Shown: positions 45,160 through 57,529 of the stretch, piece by piece
Position numbering within the stretch: position 1 is the first letter of the stretch
Layout: each line of letters begins with the position of its first letter
Source: an uncultured Sphingomonadaceae bacterium
Lineage (GTDB): Bacteria; Pseudomonadota; Alphaproteobacteria; Sphingomonadales; Sphingomonadaceae
Reading direction: 5' to 3'
Assembly: GCA_947496865.1 (NCBI GenBank)
Contig: CANMEE010000002.1
Location: 1,073,825 to 1,137,824, forward strand
DNA length: 64,000 nucleotides
Program-made: the position numbers and the translations under genes
Notes under the pieces: generated by a model
The model's database searches: none
What the model saw: only the letters and a program-made list of their open reading frames with translations
What the model was told of the DNA's origin: nothing

Positions 45160-46944
45160 ATGTCTCGGATCATCGGGAGAAGCAAGTTGTTGGATACAAT
45201 CATAAAGGGCGGCATGATTGTCGATGGACTGGGCGGTTCCCCTTACATTGGGGATATCGCTCTGCAAGATGGCATTATTGCCGAAATAGACAGTGATATT
45301 TCCACGCCTGCGAGAGAAACGCTGAATGCCAAGGGCGCTATCGTGACGCCAGGATGGATCGACGTGCACACCCATTATGATGGTCAAGTCAGTTGGGACA
45401 CCGAGCTGGCACCCTCCTCCCACAACGGTGCAACCACGGTCGTCATGGGCAATTGCGGTGTCGGTTTTGCTCCCGTGAAACCCGGCGAAGAGAAAACACT
45501 GATCGAGTTGATGGAAGGCGTTGAGGATATCCCCGGTACCGCGCTCTATGAAGGCATAGAATGGGGCCAGTGGGAGAGCTTTCCCGAATATATGGATTAT
45601 ATTGCCGGTCGTGAATTTGCGATCGATGTGGCTGCGCAAATTCCGCATGGCGCAGTGCGCTATTATGTCATGGGTGAACGCGGCAAACAAAATAAGGATG
45701 CAACCGCCGAAGATATTGACACCATGGCGACCATTGTCGGCGAAGCAATAGAAGCCGGCGCTGTGGGTTTCAGCACATCGCGCACTATAGGTCACCGCTC
45801 GCTGTGGGGCACCGAAGTTCCAGGAACCTTTGCGCCGGAAAAAGAATTGCTCAGCATCGCAGGCGCTATGGGCAAGCTCGGCAAAGGTGTGTTTGAACTG
45901 ATACCCGCGGGGACCGTCGGCAAGCTCGAACATCTCGGCGGGGAAAGAACGACGCCCGATCAAGAACACGCGATGATGCGTAAAATCTCAGTATCCAGCG
46001 GGCGACCAGTGACTTTCACTTTGATCCAGTCCCCCGATTATGAACCGGACCTATGGCGCAAAACATTGGTGATGGCGAAAGAGGCCAATGACAATGGTGC
46101 AAAACTGCATCCGCAAGTACCGTCGCGCTTGATTGGCTATCTAACCGGCCTCAGCAGCTATCATCCGTTTATGCGCAAGCCCACATATTTGAACAAGCTC
46201 GCCAAATTGCCGTTGAGCGAAAGGGTAGCGGCTATGCGTGATCCGGATGTGAAAAAAGCGCTGCTATCCGAAAAAGAAATCAAGCATGAAGCGCCTGGCA
46301 GCATGGAGAACATCTCGGCGTTGCTCGGCCGTGGCGCCGGGATATTATATCCCCTCTCCGATCCTGTAGATTATGAAGCGGGAACCGATGAAACCATCGG
46401 TAGTCTTGCAAAAGCCGAGGGCCGCGAGCCGTTGGAATATCTCTATGACTGGATGCTGGAAGACGGCGGTAAGCGCTTTTGTTCGTTAAGCGCGCCGAAT
46501 TTACCCAAAGGCATGGAGGTGCTGCGCGAATTGTTGGAACATTCTGAAACCGTCACCGGTCTCAGTGATGCCGGTGCGCATGTGACGCTAATTTGCGATG
46601 CCACTATGCCAACGACCCAGCTATCCTATTGGGCGCGTGATCGCAAAAAAGGCGAACGGTTGCCGCTGGAATTTCTGGTGCACAAACAAACTGCCCGCAA
46701 CGCCGCGCTTTACGGATTTGATGATCGTGGTTCGTTAGAAGTCGGCAAACGGGCTGATATCAACGTTATTGATTTTGACAATCTCAGCGTCGCATCACCG
46801 GTGGCCTATAAAGACCTACCGGCCGGCGGAACCAGGGTGATGCAGCCGGTCACAGGCTATATCGCAACCTATTGCAAAGGCATCAAGGTCCGTGAAAATG
46901 ACAGCGACACCGGAGCCCGGCCCGGTCGCCTAGTCCGCAGCTAA
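45160..46944 (+). CDS. N-acyl-D-amino-acid deacylase (D-aminoacylase) family amidohydrolase
   Basis: 594 aa. N-terminal [29 protein letters not shown] and the metal motif [12 protein letters not shown]. Length is typical of the family. Confidence 0.8.
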   Translation: MSRIIGRSKLLDTIIKGGMIVDGLGGSPYIGDIALQDGIIAEIDSDISTPARETLNAKGAIVTPGWIDVHTHYDGQVSWDTELAPSSHNGATTVVMGNCGVGFAPVKPGEEKTLIELMEGVEDIPGTALYEGIEWGQWESFPEYMDYIAGREFAIDVAAQIPHGAVRYYVMGERGKQNKDATAEDIDTMATIVGEAIEAGAVGFSTSRTIGHRSLWGTEVPGTFAPEKELLSIAGAMGKLGKGVFELIPAGTVGKLEHLGGERTTPDQEHAMMRKISVSSGRPVTFTLIQSPDYEPDLWRKTLVMAKEANDNGAKLHPQVPSRLIGYLTGLSSYHPFMRKPTYLNKLAKLPLSERVAAMRDPDVKKALLSEKEIKHEAPGSMENISALLGRGAGILYPLSDPVDYEAGTDETIGSLAKAEGREPLEYLYDWMLEDGGKRFCSLSAPNLPKGMEVLRELLEHSETVTGLSDAGAHVTLICDATMPTTQLSYWARDRKKGERLPLEFLVHKQTARNAALYGFDDRGSLEVGKRADINVIDFDNLSVASPVAYKDLPAGGTRVMQPVTGYIATYCKGIKVRENDSDTGARPGRLVRS

Positions 46945-47031
46945 ACCATAGGATAGCAGATGCCAGCCACTTGACTCTGATGCTGGATATCAAGCCAATG
47001 GTTTTAGCGGACGAACCCACAGCCTTAGAGT

Positions 47032-48711
47032 TTAAGCATCATATTTTCCCAATTGACCCGGCTGCTTTATCGTCACTGGCGGCGCCGACGCGATATTTTG
47101 AGCATGCCGCGCCGGCTGCTCGCCCAAAACCAACTTCAAATGATCCGCTAGTCGCAAAGACAAGGCGATGATCGTTGCTGTAGGGTTAGCCCAACCGCCA
47201 GTGGGAAAAACACTGCTGCTAGCGACATATAGATTGGGGCTGTCATGCAACCTGCAATCTTTGTCCACTACCCCTGTATCAGGTGAGCTGCTCATGCGGG
47301 TGCCGCCCATATGATGATATCCGCCGATAGGGTGGCTCGAAATTAGGGGGTCCGAATTCCAGCGCGTCGAGGTTTCTGACAACCAGCTCGAGACCTTCAC
47401 ATCGCCCCAGCCCAAACGACGATATTCTTCACCGACAGTTTCCATCAGTATTTTTACGCTATGTTTGTCGATTTCGGACAGCTGCCAGTTCAACGCAACC
47501 TGCGGCGTACCGAGCCTATCCGTCTCGCGCGCAAGCGTTATACGGCTATCCGGGTTCGGGGCCTGCTCTGCACGCACTATAGCAAAGACACCCATTTTGT
47601 CGCGGTTAAGCTTCATGTTCAGGATCGAAGACCAGGGATCAGTCCATTCCAGGCCTTTGACAGCCATTTTCTTCAACCCATGATAGCTTGAACGCCAAAA
47701 ACGGCTGGAAGGCAGGTCATGCTTGAACTTACTGGTAGCGGAGCGAAACAATTCCATTTTTTCGCCCTCACGCAATCTGGGTGCGATGCTGATGGATGAA
47801 TTTAAAATTCCCTTCTGTCTCTGCATCTCGTCCGCCGGGCGCATATAAGCGGCATAGCGATTGCGGTCATGCCGGATGGCACGAGGCAGAGCCGTTAATG
47901 TCTGTGCCAGATTGGTAGGAATGAACTCACCGCCCCGCGCATGCGGATGTTCCATGAAAAAACGACCCAAAAGATCACGGTCATTGCCAAGGCCGTTAGG
48001 TCTATGGCCAACAGCTCCCATCAACAGACGAACGGTTTCAATCGCTCCAGCTGCCAGAACAAATACTTTGGCGTTTATTTTGGTACAATGCCCCGTCACG
48101 CTTTCGGCTCGTACATGCTGCACGGCATTTTTCGCGTTCACTTCAATGTCGGTCACCGTTGCATTTAACAATATGCGGCTGTGCGAAAAGCTGTCGCGTT
48201 CCGGGTCGGTGAATCGCTCTCCCATTTCATCGAACACCCATAAATTGCTATCCAGCTTGGTAGGGTCAAATGGCGGTGCGGATTTGCCAATGGTGGACCA
48301 CAGACCTTCTGCACGCGGTCGTTTTAAGCCCAGACGATCAAATGTTTTTTTATAATAGGGAGAGAGTTCGGCTTTGGAAATCGGCCAGCCGCTGTGAGGC
48401 AAATAATCGCGTTTTTCAAAATCGATAGCATCCAATTCTGCGCAACGCCCACCCCATATGGCGGCTGTACCTCCGAACAAGCGTAAACGCGCTTCGTCGA
48501 GATCATAATAAGGCATTCCAACATTATGGCCGTGTGCCAATGATTGAACATTAGGATCAAAATCACGCCCGCCGCTTTCGACAATTACGACGTCGCGGGT
48601 GGGTGTACTCAGAGCTTCTGCCAGCATTTGGCCGGCAACACCGCCTCCGATGATGCACAGATCGGCATCGATTTGTCTGGGCACATTGCCTGTCGCTATA
48701 TCCAATATCAT
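47032..48711 (-). CDS. FAD-dependent GMC-family oxidoreductase
   Basis: N-terminal DLCIIGGGVAGQ. C-terminal GMC motif HPIGGYHMGGTRM...NLYVASSSVFPTGGWANPTATIIALSLRLADHL. ATG 48711 forms ATGA with the stop of the upstream small ORF. The tracked TTG start is at 48741. Confidence 0.85.
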   Translation of the reverse strand: MILDIATGNVPRQIDADLCIIGGGVAGQMLAEALSTPTRDVVIVESGGRDFDPNVQSLAHGHNVGMPYYDLDEARLRLFGGTAAIWGGRCAELDAIDFEKRDYLPHSGWPISKAELSPYYKKTFDRLGLKRPRAEGLWSTIGKSAPPFDPTKLDSNLWVFDEMGERFTDPERDSFSHSRILLNATVTDIEVNAKNAVQHVRAESVTGHCTKINAKVFVLAAGAIETVRLLMGAVGHRPNGLGNDRDLLGRFFMEHPHARGGEFIPTNLAQTLTALPRAIRHDRNRYAAYMRPADEMQRQKGILNSSISIAPRLREGEKMELFRSATSKFKHDLPSSRFWRSSYHGLKKMAVKGLEWTDPWSSILNMKLNRDKMGVFAIVRAEQAPNPDSRITLARETDRLGTPQVALNWQLSEIDKHSVKILMETVGEEYRRLGWGDVKVSSWLSETSTRWNSDPLISSHPIGGYHHMGGTRMSSSPDTGVVDKDCRLHDSPNLYVASSSVFPTGGWANPTATIIALSLRLADHLKLVLGEQPARHAQNIASAPPVTIKQPGQLGKYDA

Positions 48712-48992
48712 TTTATAATTCCCGGCTGCGATACTATGCAAAGAAATTGCTTTGTTTTTATCTCAGCAACAATCACGCGGTCAATACGGGTTTCCTGCAT
48801 CCTTTTCAGAGCAGCGCTAGGCCGTTGAACATACTCTATTATTTGTGCATTGAAGCCCTTGTCTGGCTCAATATTTTGGACAATCATCTCTAAGCCTTTC
48901 TGAAATAAGGCCCCCGTAACTGGGTTCGACAAGACCGAGCGTAGGGTTACAGATAAATTGAGTATCATCGAATGAAGATAATGTTTCAGCAT
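48708..48992 (-). CDS. Hypothetical small protein translationally coupled to the GMC oxidoreductase
   Basis: 94 aa, ATG start. The stop overlaps ATG 48711 (ATGA). No motif recognised. Confidence 0.35.
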   Translation of the reverse strand: MLKHYLHSMILNLSVTLRSVLSNPVTGALFQKGLEMIVQNIEPDKGFNAQIIEYVQRPSAALKRMQETRIDRVIVAEIKTKQFLCIVSQPGIIK

Positions 48993-49164
48993 ACGAGAGC
49001 ATGATAAACAGAAGTCCGCAGCTCGCAGTGATTTAAAGCACTGGGTGCGTAGCCTCAGCCGCGCGGTTAATCGTTGGAATATTTGAGATTAATCACTCAT
49101 GTTCAAGTCGTTATAAATCGTTCAACGTCCGATTTGGTTCCTACATCAAGCGTGGTCACCAAAG

Positions 49165-50856
49165 CTAGTCGGCCGGTCTTTCACGCTGTCTTGTTTGCCA
49201 ATTCTCGTCAATCCAGCTCGGCGCTGACGATGGCGGGAGAATTGGTTCTTCCAAGATAATATCCGACACCCGCTCTGCGACCATGATTGTTGGCGCATTG
49301 ATATTTCCATTGGTGACGGTGGGGAAAACCGATGCATCAACGACGCGAAGGCCGTCTAATCCTATAACCCGGCATTCTGTATCAACGACCGCCATCGGGT
49401 CATCAGGCGATCCCATTTTACAGGTTCCACATGGGTGATAGGCGCTCTCTACATTGTCCTTTACCCAAGCATCTATAGCTTCATCGGATTCGATATTTTT
49501 GCCCGGCTGCAATTCTTCGCCACGATAGGCATCCATGGCCGGTTGATCGATAATTTCCCGGGTGAGACGAATACATCGCCGCCACACCGCCACATCATCT
49601 GGATGTTGCATGTAATTGTAGAGGATGCTTGGCGCGTCCAATGGGTCAGTCGATTTTATGCGCACATGGCCCCTGCTCTTCGGTTTGTTCGGACCAACAT
49701 GGACTTGGAAACCATGACCTTTCAGAGACGGCGTACCGTCATATCGCATGGCGGCAGGCAGAAAATGATACTGGATATCGGGAGATTTTCGTCCCGCTTC
49801 AGATCGTATAAAGGCACAGGACTCAAAATGATTGGTCGCGCCTAGCCCGGTTTTGAACAGCACCCATTCTATGCCAATTAACAACTTGCTGAACCATCCC
49901 AATTTATTGTTGAGGCTGACCGGCTGCTTGCAATGAAACTGGAAATAAACTTCCAGATGATCTTGCAAATTTTCACCCACGCCCGGCAGTTCGTGGACAA
50001 GCGCCACTCCCGCTTCATCAAGCGCCGATTTTGCACCAATGCCAGACCGTTGAAGCAATGCTGGAGACGCGATCGCACCAGCAGACAGAATAATTTCCTT
50101 TTCCGCAAAAACCTCAGCAGCGATATCGTTGCGCTCCAGCGCTATACCAACAGCACGTTTGTCTTCCATGATCACGCGATCAACCAGTGCCCCAGTCCAA
50201 ACTGTTAGATTGGATCTCTTTTTCACTGGATCCAGATAGGCCCGCGCCGTGGATTCGCGAAAGCCGCCCCGCACTGTCATGTGCATTGCGCCAAACCCCT
50301 CTTGGCGATAGCCGTTATAGTCTTCCGTATGCGGATATCCCGCCTCAATCCCGGCATCAATAAATGTCTGATAGAGCGGATTCCCAGTCATATTATTGCC
50401 GCCCCCAACGCCCAAAGGACCATTGCCGCCGCGATAATCATCTGCGCCATTTTGCCATGTTTCGGATTTTCGAAAATAAGGCAGGCAAGCGGCATAGTTC
50501 CAACCTTTGGCCCCCAATTTCTCCCATTCTTCAAAATCACAGCTATGCCCGCGAACATAGACCATACCGTTGATCGACGATGTTCCACCCAGCCCCTTGC
50601 CGCGTGGACAGCTAATTTGCCTGCCGTCCAATGCCGGTTCTGGATCGCTATGATATCCCCAATTATAGGTCTCGGAAGCCATTGGATAAGACAAGGCCGT
50701 CGGCATTTGAACGAGGATATTTTTGTCGCTCCCTCCAGCTTCGAGAAGCAAAACCCTATTCTGCCCGTTCTCGGTCAATCGGTTCGCCAGCACACAGCCA
50801 GCCGACCCGGCTCCGACAATGATATAGTCCCAATCAGATTCTCTATTATTCGACAT
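49165..50856 (-). CDS. betA: Choline dehydrogenase (GMC family)
   Basis: 563 aa. [20 protein letters not shown]...[10 protein letters not shown]-terminal HPCGTCKMG...[24 protein letters not shown]. Confidence 0.85.
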   Translation of the reverse strand: MSNNRESDWDYIIVGAGSAGCVLANRLTENGQNRVLLLEAGGSDKNILVQMPTALSYPMASETYNWGYHSDPEPALDGRQISCPRGKGLGGTSSINGMVYVRGHSCDFEEWEKLGAKGWNYAACLPYFRKSETWQNGADDYRGGNGPLGVGGGNNMTGNPLYQTFIDAGIEAGYPHTEDYNGYRQEGFGAMHMTVRGGFRESTARAYLDPVKKRSNLTVWTGALVDRVIMEDKRAVGIALERNDIAAEVFAEKEIILSAGAIASPALLQRSGIGAKSALDEAGVALVHELPGVGENLQDHLEVYFQFHCKQPVSLNNKLGWFSKLLIGIEWVLFKTGLGATNHFESCAFIRSEAGRKSPDIQYHFLPAAMRYDGTPSLKGHGFQVHVGPNKPKSRGHVRIKSTDPLDAPSILYNYMQHPDDVAVWRRCIRLTREIIDQPAMDAYRGEELQPGKNIESDEAIDAWVKDNVESAYHPCGTCKMGSPDDPMAVVDTECRVIGLDGLRVVDASVFPTVTNGNINAPTIMVAERVSDIILEEPILPPSSAPSWIDENWQTRQRERPAD

Positions 50857-52009
50857 GAATTAGGGGCCTCGTTTGCGACATTTTTTGCAACGCATCTCTG
50901 CGTTGATAGCTCAGGACGTAGATGCAGCCGTAGAGGGCAATAACAACCATACCAATCCACTCAATTTTCAGCGGTGTAAATTGATATAGCAATATCAAAC
51001 CGAAAAGCAGTACCCAATGGCCCAGAATATAGAGCGGCATGCCCAGACGTTTGACAGTCAGATTGAGGTTTTCCGAATAGAGCCGGGTCAGAGAGTCTAG
51101 TGAATTGAGGACGAAGATTATCCCGACAACAACCATCGCAATCTGAAGATATCCGGCCAAAACAATCTCTTGGCTGTGATAGTAAAATAGCACCGAAAAC
51201 CAGATGGCGATTGGAATGGACGGCAGTATCAAAAGCGCGATCAACAACTGCAATGGTTTTATCCCGCCCAAGAACCGAGCGACAAACTGCCCAATCATGA
51301 TGCTCCACGCAAACCACCAGAATAGGTAAAACGCATGATAGTCCGTCTGTGGGCTGATAAATTTTTCGAGATTACTGAAATAACCACCGAGATTTTGGCC
51401 ACTCGCTAGAAGGTCCGCTATCCCCATCTCGTTGGTAATCATCAAGCTTAGGATCAATAGCCCGAATAAGGCGAATGACGCGTAACTGAGCCATTTGACA
51501 TAGCGAATATCGGTACTGGACAACACCGCGCCCAAAACCACCGCAGCGACCAGCCCGTAGCGTGCGGCCGGTGTAATATCGATGATATAATTTGGGAGAT
51601 AACTCAGAAAAAGAAACCCGGTAAAGGCGCATGTCGCTACAATCACAATGTTATTTGCCAAGGCGACCCACCATATCTCAAAAAGTTTCAGGCGCGGTTC
51701 GATCACACAAAAATAGAAAGTCGTCAGAAAGTAGAAGCCCCAGACCAGAAACCCCCAAAAACCGAACTCGATCGCCAATGGGTTCGTAAATCCATAGGAC
51801 GCTTCTCGTGCATAAACTGGAAATTCCGTGAGAGGAAACATGATCAATCCTACGTCCAGCCCTGATGTGAAAAGGATTGCGGTAAACGCAAGCAGATTGC
51901 TAGGTTGGGCGCCATAGAGCTTGATATTTCGATAGCGCAAGGCAAAGCAAATCGATGTCGCCAATGTTATCAAAATGGCAGCGGTCAAAATGATATGGGC
52001 GAGTGGCAA
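50846..52009 (-). CDS. BCCT-family-like transporter (short form, 387 aa)
   Basis: Polytopic membrane protein. [20 protein letters not shown] resembles the BCCT Trp-rich signature helix. TTG start. 11-nt overlap with the betA start. Confidence 0.65.
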   Translation of the reverse strand: MPLAHIILTAAILITLATSICFALRYRNIKLYGAQPSNLLAFTAILFTSGLDVGLIMFPLTEFPVYAREASYGFTNPLAIEFGFWGFLVWGFYFLTTFYFCVIEPRLKLFEIWWVALANNIVIVATCAFTGFLFLSYLPNYIIDITPAARYGLVAAVVLGAVLSSTDIRYVKWLSYASFALFGLLILSLMITNEMGIADLLASGQNLGGYFSNLEKFISPQTDYHAFYLFWWFAWSIMIGQFVARFLGGIKPLQLLIALLILPSIPIAIWFSVLFYYHSQEIVLAGYLQIAMVVVGIIFVLNSLDSLTRLYSENLNLTVKRLGMPLYILGHWVLLFGLILLYQFTPLKIEWIGMVVIALYGCIYVLSYQRRDALQKMSQTRPLIHVE

Positions 52010-52213
52010 TCATGATTCCTGATAGCGGCAGAGGCTCATGGCTTAATGCGCCGCTCCGGCAATGTCGAACATAGAATATATGTTACTAGCTTTTTGGCCA
52101 GCCCGAAAAGACGCCTCCAGACCGGTCCCTTATTTTTTGTGCAACTTGCTTGCCAAGCCACTGTTGTGCCATCGATATTTTTTACGTGACCGAATTTAGT
52201 CGATGGACGATTT

Positions 52214-52900
52214 ATGGATTTTAACTTCAACACTGCGCTGCTCATCCATTTTGGTGCACTTTTCTACATCGTTGCTTTTCTCATCCGGGATGAACTGAAA
52301 CTCCGCCTGATGGTACTCGCTGGTTCGGCATTCTATTTGCTTTACTATTATCTATTCCCAGACATTCCGCTTTGGGATGCAATCATCACGACTTGCATTT
52401 TGGTTTTCGCCAATCTCATCATCCTCTTCCGGATATCACTGGAACGGACGGTCTTTGCGCTCAATACCGAAGAAAAAGCGCTGTTCGAGTATTTTGAGGG
52501 CTTTACTCCGGGCCAGTTTCGCCAATTGCTTAAATTCGCGCGCTGGACAACCGCCGAGACATCGGTGGCTCTGGCCACTGAGAATCAACAATTATCAAAC
52601 TTGCACTTCATTGTTGATGGCACGGTGGTGATAAAAAAAGGTGACAATGAATTTCTGCTGGAACCCGGCAATTTTATCGGGGAGATCGCTTTTGTTCTGA
52701 ACCGCCTGCCATCCGCCGATGTGATTGCGCAACAAGGGGCACGACTAGTGACGTGGGATGCCGCACAAGTAACGCTGCTGATGGAAAAGTCGCCCGCTTT
52801 TAAAAACGCCATTGTCGCATTGCTCAGCCGTGATCTGGCCGACAAATTGGCAACCAGCGTTAGAGTCGAAAAACTGACGAATAGTGTTCCCACGATCTGA
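52214..52900 (+). CDS. Membrane protein with a C-terminal cyclic-nucleotide-binding-like domain
   Basis: 228 aa. Three N-terminal TM helices, then a cNMP-type beta-roll (LHFIVDGTVVIKKGDNEFLLEPGNFIGEIAFVLNRLPSADVIA). The phosphate-binding Arg is not in its canonical position. Confidence 0.65.
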   Translation: MDFNFNTALLIHFGALFYIVAFLIRDELKLRLMVLAGSAFYLLYYYLFPDIPLWDAIITTCILVFANLIILFRISLERTVFALNTEEKALFEYFEGFTPGQFRQLLKFARWTTAETSVALATENQQLSNLHFIVDGTVVIKKGDNEFLLEPGNFIGEIAFVLNRLPSADVIAQQGARLVTWDAAQVTLLMEKSPAFKNAIVALLSRDLADKLATSVRVEKLTNSVPTI

Positions 52901-52994
52901 TTGAAGCATAATATTGTCTTCCTTCTATCACTATTGCCAATCGACGTATGTGTCCTGGCAATGGCATTCCGCTCGACAAGGAGAAGACAAAACC

Positions 52995-54293
52995 ATGTCC
53001 ATGGACTCTGCCTATGTCGCGCAGATGAAGCGCCTGATGGATTGGGAAGCCGCGCGGACCGCGCCGCCGGAGGGTTTTCCGCATCTGCCCGACTTGCCCG
53101 CTGGCCGTTATACATCCCAAGAATATTATGATCTCGAACAACAGCATATCTGGAAGAAAAGCTGGTTGTTTGCCGCTCATATCGACGAAGTACCAGAACC
53201 AGGCTGCTTCATGAAATGGGAAAATACCGGGACTCCAGTCATCATTGTCCACGGCATGGATGGTGAAGTACGGGCCTTTTACAACACCTGTCGGCATCGT
53301 GGAGCGCCGGTCGTGACCGAGGAAAAGGGGCGCTCGCCGCGTCTGATGTGCGGTTATCATAATTGGACTTACAAAACCGACGGAGAGCTGGTCGGGGTGC
53401 CCGAGAAACACGATTTTACCGGACTCAATATGTCTTGTCGAAGCTTGATCCCGGTTAAATGCGAGATGCTGGGCAATGTCATATTTGTAAACTTCGACGA
53501 TGAAGCGATGCCGCTGAAAAAATGGCTCGGCCCGGTTTGGAATGATTGGGAAGAGTTTCAGTTTGACAAAATCAGGCTCGCCGCGCGCCACAGCTTCGAA
53601 CTCAACTGTAACTGGAAGGTCGCGATGGAGGCCAATATGGAGGTTTATCATGTGCCCTTCATCCATCCCGAAACCGTCGCACCACTCGTTGACAGCAAGC
53701 GCAACGTGAACACAATGTTCCCCAATGGCCATGCCCGGATGCTGGCCCCTGCACCGCAGCAAACCGACCGCGAACATGTCCGCGCCGTTGACTCCCCGCC
53801 AGAATGGCAAGAGATTGATACGGTCGGTGAACTGGGGCGCACCTGCACCCAAAGCTACACCATGTTCCCCAACTGGGTGTCCCCACTATCCAATTATTTT
53901 GTACCGCCTTTGATTTTCTGGCCGACCGGATTGAATACAACCCGGTTAGAGCTCGTCACGATGGCGCTGGACTGGGGGGACGGTCCAGCGCCAGACTTGT
54001 GGACGGTACCGGATGAGAGCAAGCCCAATGGCCGGGATATGAGCCCGATTATCTTGGAAGACACGCAATTTGGCGAAATGATCCAGAAGTCCATGGAAAG
54101 TGACGGTTTCAAGAGCGTGCCGCTGAGCTATCAGGAAGCGCGCATCTACAGTTTCCATCAGACTTGCGACAAAATGATTGGTCTTGACAATGTGCCTGAC
54201 CACCTTGCCGTTGATCAAGTTATCGGCGAAGAATGGGTCTATCCCAATGATCCTCGCGTCGAGCAAATGGAGCAATTGGAAGCTGCGGAATGA
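52995..54293 (+). CDS. Rieske [2Fe-2S] non-heme-iron oxygenase, alpha-subunit type
   Basis: 432 aa from ATG 52995 (GGAGA upstream). Rieske motif CRHRGAPV...CGYHNWTY. Substrate unknown. A quaternary-amine (betaine-type) demethylase is plausible given the neighbouring betA, but this is unproven. Confidence 0.8.
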   Translation: MSMDSAYVAQMKRLMDWEAARTAPPEGFPHLPDLPAGRYTSQEYYDLEQQHIWKKSWLFAAHIDEVPEPGCFMKWENTGTPVIIVHGMDGEVRAFYNTCRHRGAPVVTEEKGRSPRLMCGYHNWTYKTDGELVGVPEKHDFTGLNMSCRSLIPVKCEMLGNVIFVNFDDEAMPLKKWLGPVWNDWEEFQFDKIRLAARHSFELNCNWKVAMEANMEVYHVPFIHPETVAPLVDSKRNVNTMFPNGHARMLAPAPQQTDREHVRAVDSPPEWQEIDTVGELGRTCTQSYTMFPNWVSPLSNYFVPPLIFWPTGLNTTRLELVTMALDWGDGPAPDLWTVPDESKPNGRDMSPIILEDTQFGEMIQKSMESDGFKSVPLSYQEARIYSFHQTCDKMIGLDNVPDHLAVDQVIGEEWVYPNDPRVEQMEQLEAAE

Positions 54294-54301
54294 ATCCCTA
54301 G

Positions 54302-56514
<2,213 letters not shown>

Positions 56515-56534
56515 AGCGGGGCATCATTAAATAG

Positions 56535-57461
56535 ATGCGAACCAAGCAAACTTTGGCGATAACCGGCGCGACTGGTTTTGTGGGTGGACATCTGCTCAAT
56601 CTCGCCGTGCGGGCTGGCTTCCCCGTCCGTGCGCTGACCCGTCGGACTCAAGATGACCGGCCCAATGTGACATGGGTACGTGGCGCGTTGGATAACCCGG
56701 CTAGCCTTAGCGTTTTGTGCACTGGCGCTGATGTGGTGATCCACATAGCTGGCGTGGTCAATGCACCCACACGCGACGGCTTTGAAGCCGGTAATGTCGC
56801 TGGAACATTAGCAGTTGTAGAGGCAGCGAAAAAAGCCGGATGCCAACGGTTCATTCACGTTTCATCACTCGCGGCAACCTTGCCTAGGCTCTCCATTTAC
56901 GGTGAAACCAAAGCTAAGGCCGAGAAAATCGTGAAAAGCAGCGGGCTCGATTGGACGATCATACGCCCCCCTGCCATCTATGGTCCCGGCGACGGCGAAA
57001 TGCTCGAGCTGTTCAAAATGGCAAAAATGGGTTTCATCACTTTGCCACCCGATGCTGATGGCCGTCTTTCCGCCATTCATGTTGATGATCTGTCGCGTGC
57101 GTTAATGACCATCATTCCCGAACATGAAGATCTCACCGCTAAAATCTTTGAAATAGACGATGGCAAAACCGGCGGTTGGACCCAGACCAGTTTTGCCAAA
57201 GCAATTGGCTGGGCGATGGGCAAACGGATCAAACCCATTGCGACCCCCAAATTCCTCCTCGAACTGGGCGCCAAAACGGATCGTCTCGTACGCCGCGACA
57301 AAGCCAAGTTGACGGAAGACCGGGTGAGCTATTTCTGCCATGATGACTGGACGGTCGATCCCGCCAAACGCCTTCCGCCAGAACTATGGACAGCCCAAAT
57401 TGAAACACGGCAGGGTCTGAAAGATACCGCCAAATGGTACCGTCAGAACGATTGGCTCTAA
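56535..57461 (+). CDS. NAD(P)-dependent epimerase/dehydratase-family (atypical SDR, NDUFA9-like) protein
   Basis: 308 aa. ITGATGFVGGHL Rossmann motif and a YGETKAKAE catalytic YxxxK. Confidence 0.8.
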   Translation: MRTKQTLAITGATGFVGGHLLNLAVRAGFPVRALTRRTQDDRPNVTWVRGALDNPASLSVLCTGADVVIHIAGVVNAPTRDGFEAGNVAGTLAVVEAAKKAGCQRFIHVSSLAATLPRLSIYGETKAKAEKIVKSSGLDWTIIRPPAIYGPGDGEMLELFKMAKMGFITLPPDADGRLSAIHVDDLSRALMTIIPEHEDLTAKIFEIDDGKTGGWTQTSFAKAIGWAMGKRIKPIATPKFLLELGAKTDRLVRRDKAKLTEDRVSYFCHDDWTVDPAKRLPPELWTAQIETRQGLKDTAKWYRQNDWL

Positions 57462-57529
57462 CGCCTCCTAAAATCACTAGCTGCCATCGCTGCCCAACAG
57501 GCCCATAATTGTGCTCTGGGAGATGATTC

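Noticed and set aside
45157-45969. 270-aa ORF antisense to the D-aminoacylase gene
   Set aside because: Shadow ORF opposite a well-supported, motif-bearing gene. Low-complexity, Arg/Gly/Cys-rich translation.
52860-53852. 330-aa ORF antisense to the Rieske oxygenase (and the 176-aa ORF at 52585-53115)
   Set aside because: Shadow ORFs. The plus-strand genes carry clear cNMP and Rieske motifs.
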